Positions 8,906 through 19,497 of a stretch of DNA of 64,000 bases are shown piece by piece. The notes beneath the pieces are model-generated. The model worked only from the letters and a program-made list of their open reading frames with translations. It did no database searches and was not told the DNA's origin. The position numbers were made by a program, and so were the translations under genes. Position 1 is the stretch's first letter; the number at the start of each line of letters is the position of its first letter. The DNA comes from Bacilli bacterium (GTDB lineage Bacteria > Bacillota_I > Bacilli_A > RFN20 > CAG-826). Location of the stretch: positions 415,638 to 479,637 of the forward strand of contig JBMNLN010000001.1 in the NCBI GenBank assembly GCA_050952725.1. The letters run 5' to 3'.

Positions 8906-10468
8906 ATGATTGATTTTAGAAAAACGGCAATCGGTATCGAGCTTGGTTCAACGAGAATCAAAGCCGTTTTAATTGATGAGAAAGGTCGAGTTTTATCCCA
9001 GGGCAGTTACGCTTGGGAGAACCAATTTATTAATAATTTTTGGACTTACCCAGTTGAAGATATTCATCGGGGGTTACAAACATGTTTTTTAAATCTCAAA
9101 AACAATTTTCAAAACCAATATGGAAAAAAACTGATTACCACAGGTTCCATCGGCATTTCGGCGATGATGCATGGCTATATGGTTTTTGATGAAAATGATC
9201 AGTTGCTAGTGCCATTTAGAACTTGGAGAAATATCAATGCGGAATCAGCCTCGAAACGGCTTACTAATCTTTTTGAATATCGCGTTCCCGCACGGTGGAG
9301 TATCTCCCATTTATATCAAGCGATCCTCGAGCAAGAAGCACATGTGAAAAAAATTAAATTCCAAACAACTCTAGAAGGATACATTCATTATCTTTTAACT
9401 GGACATAAGGTAATTGGGATTGGCGAGGCGAGCGGAATGTTCCCCATCGATACTAAAACAAATAATTATGATACAAAGAGTTTGAAAATATTTAATAGCA
9501 TTCTCGCTGATAATGGCTATGAGTTTACTTTAGAGCAAATTTTCCCCCGGGTTTTAGTCGCCGGCGAAGATGCGGGAAAACTCACTGAAAAAGGCGCTTT
9601 ATTCCTTGACCCAAGTGGAGAATTTCAAGCCGGGGTCATGCTTTGTCCTCCTGAAGGCGATGCGCAAACGGGCATGGTCGCTACAAATGCGATTAAACCT
9701 AATACGGGTAATATCTCCGCGGGAACTTCCATTTTTGGTATGATTGTCCTCGAAGAAAATTTAAAAACTGTCTATCCAGAAATTGACCTAGTTACAACTC
9801 CCATTGGCGATATGGTAGCCATGGTGCATTGCAATAATTGCACTTCTGAAATTAATGCCTGGGTCAGCATGGTTGATGAAATTTTAAAATTATTTGGAAC
9901 TCAGATTAATCAAGATGAAATTTATGAAAAATTATTTAAATGTTCCGTGGAAGGAAAAAATAACTGTGATGATATCATGGTTGTGAATTACCTTTCGGGC
10001 GAAAGCATTACTCAAATTGAAAACGGCAGACCTCTGGTGACAAGAAAAACAAAAAGCCAGTTGCGTTTGCGTGAGTTTATGCGTTCGCAGATTTATTCCT
10101 GTTTTGCGACCTTAAAACTCGGTTTTGAGATCCTGTTCAATGAGGGGGTAAGGCTTGATAAAATCGCTGCTCATGGGGGAATTTTTAAAACCGAAGGAGT
10201 GGCACAAAAATATTTAGCCGCCGCCCTAGATACTTCGGTATCCGTGATGAAAACCGCTGGAGAAGGTGGGGCTTGGGGGATGGCACTTTTGGCTCTTTTT
10301 GCGCAAAAAGGCGGTAATTTAATTGAGTTTTTAGATAGTTGTATTTTTAAAGGTCGCGAAGAACGCATAGAAAAACCCGATGTTGAAATCAAGAGAGGAT
10401 TTGATGAATATATGGAAAATTATAAGAAAGTTTTGATAGCAGAAGCGGTGCTTTCGGAGAAATTCTAA
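8906..10468 (+). CDS. araB: FGGY-family pentulose kinase, probable L-ribulokinase
   Basis: FGGY N-terminus (IGIELGSTRIKAVLID), AAAGGAGG RBS, directly followed by araD and araA. Confidence 0.7.
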   Translation: MIDFRKTAIGIELGSTRIKAVLIDEKGRVLSQGSYAWENQFINNFWTYPVEDIHRGLQTCFLNLKNNFQNQYGKKLITTGSIGISAMMHGYMVFDENDQLLVPFRTWRNINAESASKRLTNLFEYRVPARWSISHLYQAILEQEAHVKKIKFQTTLEGYIHYLLTGHKVIGIGEASGMFPIDTKTNNYDTKSLKIFNSILADNGYEFTLEQIFPRVLVAGEDAGKLTEKGALFLDPSGEFQAGVMLCPPEGDAQTGMVATNAIKPNTGNISAGTSIFGMIVLEENLKTVYPEIDLVTTPIGDMVAMVHCNNCTSEINAWVSMVDEILKLFGTQINQDEIYEKLFKCSVEGKNNCDDIMVVNYLSGESITQIENGRPLVTRKTKSQLRLREFMRSQIYSCFATLKLGFEILFNEGVRLDKIAAHGGIFKTEGVAQKYLAAALDTSVSVMKTAGEGGAWGMALLALFAQKGGNLIEFLDSCIFKGREERIEKPDVEIKRGFDEYMENYKKVLIAEAVLSEKF

Positions 10469-11166
10469 TGCTAGAAAAACTAAAAAAAAGAGTGTGGGAA
10501 CAAAATCTTCGTCTAAGAGAAAGTGGTCTTGTCACTTTAACTTGGGGCAATGTTTCTGCGATTGATCGAAGAAGCGGACTTGTGGTCATAAAACCTAGCG
10601 GAGTTCCTTATTGCGACATGAAAGCTGATGATATGGTAGTTACTGATTTGGATGGAAGGGTTGTCGAAGGTCAACATCGGCCTTCGTCTGATCTATTCAC
10701 CCATCTCGAACTTTACAAAGCTTTCAAAGAAATTGGTGGAGTTACCCATACGCATTCAACTTATGCGACTGCCTATGCGCAATCTGGAAAAGATATCACC
10801 GCCTATGGGACAACGCATGCGGATACCTTTTATGGTGATATCCCTTGCACGCGGGCGCTAACTGCAAAAGAAATTGAAACAGATTATGAATTAAACACTG
10901 GTAAAGTAATTGTTGAGACTTTTAAGAATAAAGATTATCAAGCGATTCCAGCGGTTATGATTAAAAATCACGGTCCGTTTACGTGGGGAACTTCTCCAGA
11001 AGAAGCGGTGGAAAATGCGATTATTTTAGAAGAAGTAGCCAAAATAGCTGCTTTAAGCGAAAGAATTAACCCGAATATCGAAAAAGTAGATGAACATCTT
11101 TTACGCAAACATTATGAAAGAAAACATGGAAAGGATGCCTATTATGGGCAAAAGAAGGATAAATGA
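10468..11166 (+). CDS. araD: L-ribulose-5-phosphate 4-epimerase (class II aldolase/adducin fold)
   Basis: TLTWGNVSAIDR ... VIKPSGVPY ... THTHSTYATAYAQ motifs. Start overlaps the araB stop (TAATG). Confidence 0.9.
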   Translation: MLEKLKKRVWEQNLRLRESGLVTLTWGNVSAIDRRSGLVVIKPSGVPYCDMKADDMVVTDLDGRVVEGQHRPSSDLFTHLELYKAFKEIGGVTHTHSTYATAYAQSGKDITAYGTTHADTFYGDIPCTRALTAKEIETDYELNTGKVIVETFKNKDYQAIPAVMIKNHGPFTWGTSPEEAVENAIILEEVAKIAALSERINPNIEKVDEHLLRKHYERKHGKDAYYGQKKDK

Positions 11167-11167
11167 G

Positions 11168-12562
11168 ATGAAAAAACTGTATTTTGTCGTTGGGAGCCAA
11201 CCATTATATGGCCAAGAAGTGTTAGAGCAAGTTGATCGCAATGCACAAGAAATGGCGAAATTCTTAAATAAGAAAATCAAAGGTGTAGAAGTAGTCGCCC
11301 TTCCGGTGGTGGAGTCCGCTACTAAAATTGAGGATACTCTCGTAAAAGCATCAGTGGATAAAGATTGCGTTGGAGTTATCACCTGGATGCACACCTTTTC
11401 GCCAGCGAAGATGTGGATTAAAGGTTTGCAAAAACTCCATAAACCTCTCCTGCATCTACATACGCAATACAATGAAAAACTTCCATATGACACAATCGAC
11501 ATGGATTTTATGAATTTAAACCAAGCAGCGCACGGAGATCGTGAATTTGGTTTTATTTGCACGCGGCTAGGTCTTAAACGAGCGATTGTCTCGGGATATT
11601 ATCGAAACGAAAACGTCATTAAGCGCATTCAAAGATTTGCCGATGTCGCTAAAGCGATTGCTTATTCCCGCAATCTGCGCGTGGCCTCATTTGGTAATAA
11701 TATGCGTGATGTGGCTGTCACCGATGGCGATCGCGTTGAAAGCGAAATTAAATATGGCTGGAATGTCAATTACTATGCGGTAGGTGACCTTGTTGAAATC
11801 ATAAAAACTATTTCTCCCGAAGAAATTCAAACGAAGATGAATGAATACCAAGAAAAATATGTTCTCAATACCACTCGCCTCGATGCGGTAAAAGAACAAG
11901 CAAAGTATGATATCGCCCTTCATAAATTCTTAGCGCAAGAAAGAATCTGCGCTTTTACGGATACTTTTCAAGATTTACATGGCTTAAGACAATTACCAGG
12001 TTTATCAGTACAAAATATTATGGCGGAAGGCATCGGCTTTGCCCCCGAAGGCGATTATAAAACTGCCGCTTTGATGGCCGTACTTTGCAAGATGAGCGAA
12101 GGAAGAGAAGGGGCGACGGGCTTCTTGGAGGATTACACCTATGATTTAACTGAAGGTGAAGAACTAGAATTAGCTTCGCATATGTTAGAGGTCTCCCCCG
12201 TCTTTGCGCAAAACCAACCCAAAATTGAAGTCCATCCCTTGGGCATCGGCGGTAAAGAAGATCCAGCCCGATTAGTTTTCGATGGCATTGAAGGCAAAGG
12301 AATCGCGGTTTCAATAGTCGATATGGGCACGCATTTTCGACTCATTTGTGCAGATATCGAATTAGTTAAACAGCCGAAACCGATGCCTAATTTACCCGTT
12401 GCCCGCGTGATGTGGAAAATCCTTCCTGATTTTGCTACGGGCACAGAAAAATGGATTGAAGCCGGTGGAGCCCATCATTTCGTCGTTTCCACCGCCATTA
12501 CGCGAGCGGATATTGAATTATTTGCCAAACTAACCGACACGGAATTAATTGTCATCGGCTAA
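11168..12562 (+). CDS. araA: L-arabinose isomerase
   Basis: MKKLYFVVGSQPLYGQEVLEQV is the canonical AraA start. Track ORF trimmed by 26 codons to the Met just after the araD stop. About 465 aa. Confidence 0.9.
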   Translation: MKKLYFVVGSQPLYGQEVLEQVDRNAQEMAKFLNKKIKGVEVVALPVVESATKIEDTLVKASVDKDCVGVITWMHTFSPAKMWIKGLQKLHKPLLHLHTQYNEKLPYDTIDMDFMNLNQAAHGDREFGFICTRLGLKRAIVSGYYRNENVIKRIQRFADVAKAIAYSRNLRVASFGNNMRDVAVTDGDRVESEIKYGWNVNYYAVGDLVEIIKTISPEEIQTKMNEYQEKYVLNTTRLDAVKEQAKYDIALHKFLAQERICAFTDTFQDLHGLRQLPGLSVQNIMAEGIGFAPEGDYKTAALMAVLCKMSEGREGATGFLEDYTYDLTEGEELELASHMLEVSPVFAQNQPKIEVHPLGIGGKEDPARLVFDGIEGKGIAVSIVDMGTHFRLICADIELVKQPKPMPNLPVARVMWKILPDFATGTEKWIEAGGAHHFVVSTAITRADIELFAKLTDTELIVIG

Positions 12563-12626
12563 GAAACATTTTAAATATCAATTATTTAAATACTCCCTAT
12601 CAATGTCCCAATCAGATAGAGGAAAA

Positions 12627-13493
12627 TTATTTACTCCGATATTTCTTGCGATATTGATGGGGAGTGATATTTTCAACACTTTTAAACAAATTAATCAGAT
12701 GAGCAGTGGATTTAATTGAGCAGAGATCACCGATATAATCAAGGGAATAATCAGTTTCTTCAAGATAACGCTTAATTACCTCCACCATTTTTAATTTACG
12801 GTCATCACGTGGGGTGATTTTAAAGAATTCTTTATATTTGATGCCAAAATACGTTTCGGTAAAACCGATTGCTGCTGCCATTTTTCTCACGGTGTATTCA
12901 ATCGGGTTCGCATACATCAAACTCCGCACATTAACGAAAGAGGCTCTTAGACTTGAAGAAGAAAGAGAGCGGTTCAAGTTTAAACAACAAATACTCAAAG
13001 TTTTAAAAATTTTATCAATATATTCAGGAATTTTAGGAACAAGTGATTCCGCGTACGGAGTATTGACGATATAAGAGAGGCGATCCATATCAAAAACAAT
13101 CTTTTCGGCATCCTCTTTAGAAAGAGCAATAATGGTGTCAAAAGGAATCTTATAAGGAGTAAAAAAGGATTCTTTTTCGTCGATATACATGAAACTATTT
13201 AAAACTGGTGTCCCTCCACTTCGATATGCTTGTAAAGTCCCAGGTTTATAAAGAATAGCGCTATTTGAGGGAATTTTAAAATAACTTTCCCCATCATAGG
13301 AAAAGAGCATATCAGTCTGAAAAATTACCAATAAAAAAGCGGTCCCTGGAATGATTACTTTTTGATTATAATCACTAGGTTCAATTTTATTTGTGAGGAC
13401 GATTATTTTATGTTCGCTATCCACAATTGTAATTTTAATAGAAAAAAAACAATTTTCAAGATATAGAAAAACAATAATTTCACATTGAAACAC
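12627..13493 (-). CDS. AraC/XylS-family transcriptional regulator
   Basis: C-terminal AraC-type HTH (MYANPIEYTVRKMAAAIGFTETYFGIKYKEFFKITPRDDRKLKM). The start is uncertain because the track start abuts the divergent promoter. Confidence 0.7.
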   Translation of the reverse strand: MFQCEIIVFLYLENCFFSIKITIVDSEHKIIVLTNKIEPSDYNQKVIIPGTAFLLVIFQTDMLFSYDGESYFKIPSNSAILYKPGTLQAYRSGGTPVLNSFMYIDEKESFFTPYKIPFDTIIALSKEDAEKIVFDMDRLSYIVNTPYAESLVPKIPEYIDKIFKTLSICCLNLNRSLSSSSLRASFVNVRSLMYANPIEYTVRKMAAAIGFTETYFGIKYKEFFKITPRDDRKLKMVEVIKRYLEETDYSLDYIGDLCSIKSTAHLINLFKSVENITPHQYRKKYRSK

Positions 13494-13497
13494 TGCA

Positions 13498-13526
13498 TTG
13501 AAAACGCTTTATTAACTTAATAAAAT
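13498..13526 (+). promoter_or_regulatory. Sigma-A type promoter for the 13538 lipoprotein operon
   Basis: TTGAAA, 17-nt spacer, TAAAAT, ending 11 nt before the ATG at 13538. Confidence 0.5.
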
Positions 13527-13537
13527 ATAGTTAAGAA

Positions 13538-16500
13538 ATGAAAAAGCGAAAATTATATCCTTTGTTTTTGGCGTTGTTAACCACTGTTTCTGGTTGCAAT
13601 AACGAGCGAAAAAGGACCGAAACGGCACCTTTTCTTGAGGCTATTAGTTACCATGCTGAAATGGTGAACCGCTATATTTTGGTTAATGAGCCTCTTGATT
13701 TCTCCCCATCTTATTTTTTGATGACTTATTCTGATGCAAGTACGGAAACGATTCCGTTTAACGAGTCGATAATCACAACCTACGATTCTTCTGTTTATGG
13801 CATTGATGAAGCTGAAGTTTGTTTGAATTTTGATGATTTAAACTATACCTTTGCTTTTGAGTATTTCGTGTTCGATAATGACAGCAATCGCACATTAATC
13901 AAAGCGATTGATGCTTTACCTTATCTCAACAAACTCACTACAGATGATGTTGAGACGATTATTGATCTCCTCAATACTTATATGCAATTAAGCGAAGGTG
14001 AAAAGGATTTTTTAATCAATCATTTTTCGATAAAAATCGAGCGACTTCGCCGCTCCGAAAAAGCACTTATCGATGCCTATTTTACGGAAAAGGAAAAAGA
14101 ATTATTCGATTTTTCCAATACGCTCAATGTTGGCGCTTATAGTGAGGAAGCTTTGGAGACAATCAGAAATTATTGTCTGGAATTCGCCGCAGGCGTCTAT
14201 ACTTCTCTTCAGGAAGTTGTCGATAAGTATGAAGAGGCTTTGCAAAAGATTAATGGCGTTGCCAAGAGAGAACTTTCTCTTGAAGAATATCGGGCGGAAA
14301 CAATTGCAGCCCTGAAGAATTGTTTTGTTATCTCCCTTAACTCCGTTGTAGAAGAAGCGGGAGTTTATTCATTTATTGAAACACCAAAAGATTACACCTT
14401 AGAAGCCCCAATTTCTAATATTGTGGTTTCCTTTGCAGACCAAGTAGCGATGATGGATGTTCCTGCGGAAATCGATGAGCTTTATACGGAAACTTATCGT
14501 GAAATCGAAGCAGTGCTCCTGCCGTTATTTATACCCGATGCAGTTACAAGTATTAATAATGTTTTCCTCAATACCAAAAACATTGAGGCGGACTTACTAA
14601 ATTCCTGGAACAGTATTACGATTTCTGTTTCTGGTCTCTATGACAACATCTTGGTTGATTACTTGGATGATAATCGGTGGTGGATTCCGGAAGCTTATCG
14701 CCCAAGTATCATTTTGGAAAAATCTGAAGATGAACTAAGGCTTAAAACATCGATAAGAACAGTGGTAGCTTCGTATAATGATTTGGTTTTTGAAATTTTG
14801 CGTGCGACATTAGAAAAGAACTTGGAGATGTTTTACGCGATTCATCGCAATCATAATCCCGCTTATGATACGACCGATGTTTTTTACTGGCATGTCATCT
14901 CTGATTATTTTGGTGATACCCCTCAACAGCAATTTATTTATGATGGTCCCTTAAGCGAATATAGAGGGGTCGCATATGGCAATTCGCGAAACAACACCTT
15001 CCGGCTTGTCGGCGCTTTTTACAATGATGCCTACCGCATGCGCACTTCGCCAGCCTTATTAGCAAAATATTTCGAATTAAGAACTAACATCGCCCCCGAT
15101 CCTCTTGCGGTTAAGGATATCAAAACCGATTTATCGCAGATGAAAACCGAGTACAACATCGGTGAAAATCTCGATTTGACAAACGGAAAGATTATCGTCA
15201 CTTATAACGATACCTCAACTTCTATCATCGAAATGAGTAATGAAATGATTCAGGGGGAGGTCGATATGGAAACTAGTGGTAACAAAACGATAACCCTGGA
15301 ATTCAAAGATGAAAAACTCAATGAAGACCAGACGGTTTCCTTCTCGATCGTGGTTTTATCAGATTCAGATGCCTTTAATGAGATTATTACCAAAATTACC
15401 GCTTTAAGAGAAATCGATCAAGCTAACGAAGAAGATATTGCCGATATTTTAGCGATTTTAACATTAATTAATCATCTCTCCAGTGATAATCAACAAAAAT
15501 TTGCTGAAGAATACCCCACTGAATATCAAAAATTGAAAAACTCTGAAAAAAAAGCCGCTAAATTATACGGTGAATTATCGATTAAGGAACCAATCCACGG
15601 ATACGAAACACTGAACTATTATGTCTATGATGCGACAAGCCGAGGTAATCTTGACACCTTATATCAACAAATGATTAATACCTCGATTACCAGTATAACC
15701 TTTGCGGCTATCGATAATGCAGTTCAAGCCTTTGATGATGAATATCAGGCCTTGACAATTGATGCCACTCTTAATTTGGAGCAATTCTTGAATGCGAGTC
15801 TAAATTCACTCAATCGCTTATGTGAATACCAAATTAATCAGTATGGCGGGACGATGGCGGCGGTCACCTTTGGCAATGTGACCAAAACCGTTAAAGATGA
15901 AACCAATGTTAAACCCTTATATGACGACTTGGTCAACGCCGTCAGCGCCGTCAGCAGCATTGAAGCAGCGACAGCAATTATTGCGGAAAATATCGAAGCG
16001 CTCTATAGCGAAATTATTACCGCCTATTCTGCAAACGCGAATGCAAACTTAAAACAAACGATGTATGATTTGCGCGCGACCATTTCGCCGTTATGGAACC
16101 AAGATGGCAATAGCGACATTATCGAAATGAACGGAGAAGGAAACGGCAAGATGACCACTGATTATCTTGATGATGATGGCTATTATTGTTGGTACGTCCC
16201 CAATGCGTTTCAAACTGGCAATCTCTACTCCAAGATTTCTGTAGGGATTTGCGCGAGTAAATATGAGATTTACAAGAAGTATGAATTTGCTTTAGTGGAT
16301 ATGTCGCGGGTGACGATGTATCGCAATATTATCCATGCTTGGTTATATGGGCATATGAGTGTCAATTGGTGGCAAATCATCTACTATTCCCCAGGATTTA
16401 CTTATGATGGATGTTTGCCAGAATATGAAGGCAATACCTATGCCGACAGTAGTTTCAGATTGTGGGGATGGGGTTGGCGACCTGGAAGTAAAGTGACAAC

Positions 16501-16552
16501 TGTCGCTGATTTAGTTGAAAAATACAATTACGATATCGCTCTTTATCTATAG
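13538..16552 (+). CDS. Giant surface lipoprotein (1004 aa), unknown function, first gene of a glycan-utilisation locus
   Basis: Lipobox LLTTVSGC. No recognisable catalytic motif. Confidence 0.6.
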   Translation: MKKRKLYPLFLALLTTVSGCNNERKRTETAPFLEAISYHAEMVNRYILVNEPLDFSPSYFLMTYSDASTETIPFNESIITTYDSSVYGIDEAEVCLNFDDLNYTFAFEYFVFDNDSNRTLIKAIDALPYLNKLTTDDVETIIDLLNTYMQLSEGEKDFLINHFSIKIERLRRSEKALIDAYFTEKEKELFDFSNTLNVGAYSEEALETIRNYCLEFAAGVYTSLQEVVDKYEEALQKINGVAKRELSLEEYRAETIAALKNCFVISLNSVVEEAGVYSFIETPKDYTLEAPISNIVVSFADQVAMMDVPAEIDELYTETYREIEAVLLPLFIPDAVTSINNVFLNTKNIEADLLNSWNSITISVSGLYDNILVDYLDDNRWWIPEAYRPSIILEKSEDELRLKTSIRTVVASYNDLVFEILRATLEKNLEMFYAIHRNHNPAYDTTDVFYWHVISDYFGDTPQQQFIYDGPLSEYRGVAYGNSRNNTFRLVGAFYNDAYRMRTSPALLAKYFELRTNIAPDPLAVKDIKTDLSQMKTEYNIGENLDLTNGKIIVTYNDTSTSIIEMSNEMIQGEVDMETSGNKTITLEFKDEKLNEDQTVSFSIVVLSDSDAFNEIITKITALREIDQANEEDIADILAILTLINHLSSDNQQKFAEEYPTEYQKLKNSEKKAAKLYGELSIKEPIHGYETLNYYVYDATSRGNLDTLYQQMINTSITSITFAAIDNAVQAFDDEYQALTIDATLNLEQFLNASLNSLNRLCEYQINQYGGTMAAVTFGNVTKTVKDETNVKPLYDDLVNAVSAVSSIEAATAIIAENIEALYSEIITAYSANANANLKQTMYDLRATISPLWNQDGNSDIIEMNGEGNGKMTTDYLDDDGYYCWYVPNAFQTGNLYSKISVGICASKYEIYKKYEFALVDMSRVTMYRNIIHAWLYGHMSVNWWQIIYYSPGFTYDGCLPEYEGNTYADSSFRLWGWGWRPGSKVTTVADLVEKYNYDIALYL

Positions 16553-16560
16553 GAGGTTGT

Positions 16561-18528
16561 ATGACGAGATTACCCAATAAAATTTATCACGGTGCCGCTT
16601 ATTATCCCGAAGTGTGGGATATCGAAACGATTCGCAAAGACATCGTCCAGATGAAAAAACTAGGAATTAATGTCGTGCGGATTGCTGAATTCGCTTGGTG
16701 TTTATTAGAGCCTGAAGAAGATGTTTTTAATATTGGCTTATTCGACGAAGCCATTGAAGAGTTCGCTAAAAACGGCATTGAAACTATTATGTGCACGCCC
16801 ACCGCCACTCCGCCTCGATGGTTCACGAAAAAATATCCAGAATCGCTAATTCTTGACCGCTGGATGAATCGGGCCCATCACGGTTCGCGCGAACACGTCT
16901 GTTTTAGTGATCCTGATTACTTAAGAAGAAGCAGGATTATCGTTAATAAACTAGGTGAACATTACGGAAAAAATCCCCATGTTATCGCTTGGCAATTACA
17001 TAATGAATATAACTGTCCTCCAGTGAGCGAGTGCGTCTGTGATAACTGCGAAAAAGCTTATCGCGAATGGTTGAAAAAGAAATATGGGACGATTGAAAAA
17101 TTGAATGAGGAATGGAACAGCACCATTTGGTCAACAAGATATAATTCCTTTGATTGCGTAATTGCCCCACGTCCAACCCCAAACGGTCACAGCGCCTCAA
17201 TGTCGACCAATTATACTCTGTTTACTTTTGACAATGTTTCTCGATATAACAAGATGCAAGTTGACATCCTAAAAAAATATGTCAAAGTTCCGATTACACA
17301 TAATACTAATCGCGTTTTCCACATCGACCAAGAGGATATTTTTAAAGAATTGGATTTTGTCTCTTTTGATAGTTATGTGACGCAAGATCGATATCCAGAA
17401 ATTTGTTTTGAAGTGGAAATGAGTCGTTGCTTAATTCCTGGTGTGCCTTTTTGGGAAATGGAAACTAGTTGCGGAACGAGTGCCAATCTCCATGGAAGAA
17501 GCCCACTTCATAAACCTGGTTTTGTCAAAGCGACAGCGGTCAATCAATTTTTGGCGGGTTCCCAAGGTTTTTCCTACTGGCTTTTCCGGCAACATCGCGG
17601 TGGAACCGAAATGCCTCATGCCCACGTTGTCACTTCTTTCGGAACCTTAAGTGCAACAGCGGTAAATGTTCTCGATGTGAAAAATGAAATTGAAAAACTA
17701 ACCCCCTTCTTAACTACAACGCAAACCAAACAGGCAGAAGTGGCCCTCCTTTATACCGATAAAGGAAGAGCGTTTGTCACCAATGAAACCTTAGGAGGAA
17801 ATAATTATCTCAACGACATGGTGAGTGTTTATGACTCATTATTAAAAACCTCGATTTATCGCGATATTATTTATCCTCATAACTCATTCAAGGGATACCA
17901 AGTCATCATCATTCCTTATGTTGCTCACTTGACCGATGAATTGGTCCAAAAAATTGTGGATGCCGCTAAAGAAGGAGCGACGGTAATTGTTGGTCCGTAT
18001 TCAGGTTATCGGACCAATAGCCATGCTTATTACACGAAAAATGCTTTCGGCCCGATTGAAAAGTATTTTAAAGAAGCAATCATTGATTGGGATCATACCC
18101 TTGGACAAGATGCGACCTATGAAGCTTTTGGTCTCTCGGTTCCTTTAGAAAATTATGCATGCGTGATTGAAAAAGGCGTTGGTGAAATTAAGGGGGGATA
18201 TTTTACTGGCAAATCGCTTATTAGTGAAAACGCCATTGGACTCGGGAAAATCGTTTTCGTCGGCACGCGGTTTCATCAAGAATTGCAAGATAAGCTAGTC
18301 GAGCATTACCTAACTGAAAAAATCAATAAGAAAGTCATGGCCGAAAAATCAATTATCGTCTATGAACGCCAAGATGAAAAAGATGAATATCTTTGTTTAA
18401 TCAACATGGGTTTTGAAGAAGCGAAGTTTGAGATTATCAAAGGGGTTTTTGAAGATTGTTTCAATCAAAACATCATTAAAAAAGGCTCTTTGGCACCTTG
18501 TGATTATTTGATTTTAAGAAAGAGATAA
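16561..18528 (+). CDS. Glycoside hydrolase family 42 beta-galactosidase
   Basis: GH42 N-terminus (YHGAAYYPEVWDIETIRKDIVQMKKLGINVVRIAEFAW), about 655 aa, no signal peptide (cytoplasmic), RBS AGGAGG. Confidence 0.85.
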   Translation: MTRLPNKIYHGAAYYPEVWDIETIRKDIVQMKKLGINVVRIAEFAWCLLEPEEDVFNIGLFDEAIEEFAKNGIETIMCTPTATPPRWFTKKYPESLILDRWMNRAHHGSREHVCFSDPDYLRRSRIIVNKLGEHYGKNPHVIAWQLHNEYNCPPVSECVCDNCEKAYREWLKKKYGTIEKLNEEWNSTIWSTRYNSFDCVIAPRPTPNGHSASMSTNYTLFTFDNVSRYNKMQVDILKKYVKVPITHNTNRVFHIDQEDIFKELDFVSFDSYVTQDRYPEICFEVEMSRCLIPGVPFWEMETSCGTSANLHGRSPLHKPGFVKATAVNQFLAGSQGFSYWLFRQHRGGTEMPHAHVVTSFGTLSATAVNVLDVKNEIEKLTPFLTTTQTKQAEVALLYTDKGRAFVTNETLGGNNYLNDMVSVYDSLLKTSIYRDIIYPHNSFKGYQVIIIPYVAHLTDELVQKIVDAAKEGATVIVGPYSGYRTNSHAYYTKNAFGPIEKYFKEAIIDWDHTLGQDATYEAFGLSVPLENYACVIEKGVGEIKGGYFTGKSLISENAIGLGKIVFVGTRFHQELQDKLVEHYLTEKINKKVMAEKSIIVYERQDEKDEYLCLINMGFEEAKFEIIKGVFEDCFNQNIIKKGSLAPCDYLILRKR

Positions 18529-18538
18529 AGAAGAAGAA

Positions 18539-19495
18539 ATGACAGCGACCACTCTGAAACGACATAAGCTTAATAAGAATTCGTTTGCTTATAAAATCAA
18601 AAAAGACTTTAAGAATAACCGCGGGTTGTATGCTTTGATTATCCCTGGATTTTTACTTTTAATTCTCTTTTCGTTCGTGCCGCTTTATGGTATTACGATG
18701 GCGTTTCAAAGATATGACTCCTCGTTAGGCGTCTTTGGTTCCCCTTTTATTGGTTTTGAAAACTTTCGCAGGTTTTTTAGCAGTCCTTATTTCTCAGAAA
18801 TTTTTAGAAACACTCTGCTTATCAGTCTTTTTTCCTTAGTGGTTGGTTTCGTTTTCCCTTTAATCTTCGCCCTGAGTTTGAATAGTGTAGAAAACTTACG
18901 CTTTAAAAAGTTTGTCCAGATGATTAGTTATGCCCCCTACTTTATTTCGGTGGTAGTTATCGTGGCGATGATTAATATTTTCTTTGATGGCGATAATAGT
19001 GTCTTTGCTAATTTTGTCCGGCTCTTTGGTGGGGAAGTGAAAAATAATCCTATAACCGATCCAAAGTCTTTCTACTCGCTTTATGTCTGGTCGGGGCTGT
19101 GGCAAATCTTGGGCTGGAATTCAATTATCTATGTCAGTGCGCTTTCCAGTGTATCCCCCGAACTATATGAGGCGGCAACTTTAGAAGGAGCCACTAAACT
19201 ACAGAAAATTTGGTATATCGAACTCCCGACGATTCTCCCGACAATTGTCACTTTATTAATCTTATCGGCAGGAAGTATCTTAGGGGTCGGATTTGAAAAG
19301 GTCTATTTAATGCAAAACGCAGATAATTTGGAAACTAGTGAAGTGATCTCGACTTATGTTTATAAAAAAGGCATTTTATCTTCGGATTACGGTCTTGGCA
19401 CCGCGGTTGGATTATTTAACTCGGTGATTAGTTTTTTGATGTTGATGATTGTTAATTTCTTCGCGAAAAAATTCACCAAGTATAGCGTGATTTAG
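18539..19495 (+). CDS. Carbohydrate ABC transporter permease (LplB/YtcP-like)
   Basis: 318 aa with multiple TM segments and the typical LplB N-terminus. Confidence 0.8.
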   Translation: MTATTLKRHKLNKNSFAYKIKKDFKNNRGLYALIIPGFLLLILFSFVPLYGITMAFQRYDSSLGVFGSPFIGFENFRRFFSSPYFSEIFRNTLLISLFSLVVGFVFPLIFALSLNSVENLRFKKFVQMISYAPYFISVVVIVAMINIFFDGDNSVFANFVRLFGGEVKNNPITDPKSFYSLYVWSGLWQILGWNSIIYVSALSSVSPELYEAATLEGATKLQKIWYIELPTILPTIVTLLILSAGSILGVGFEKVYLMQNADNLETSEVISTYVYKKGILSSDYGLGTAVGLFNSVISFLMLMIVNFFAKKFTKYSVI

Positions 19496-19497
19496 GA

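Noticed and set aside
12563-12626. AT-only palindrome TTAAATA-tcaat-TATTTAA between araA and the AraC regulator as a terminator
   Set aside because: There are no G:C pairs and no T-run. Such palindromes occur by chance in AT-rich DNA. At most it is a weak pause or operator.
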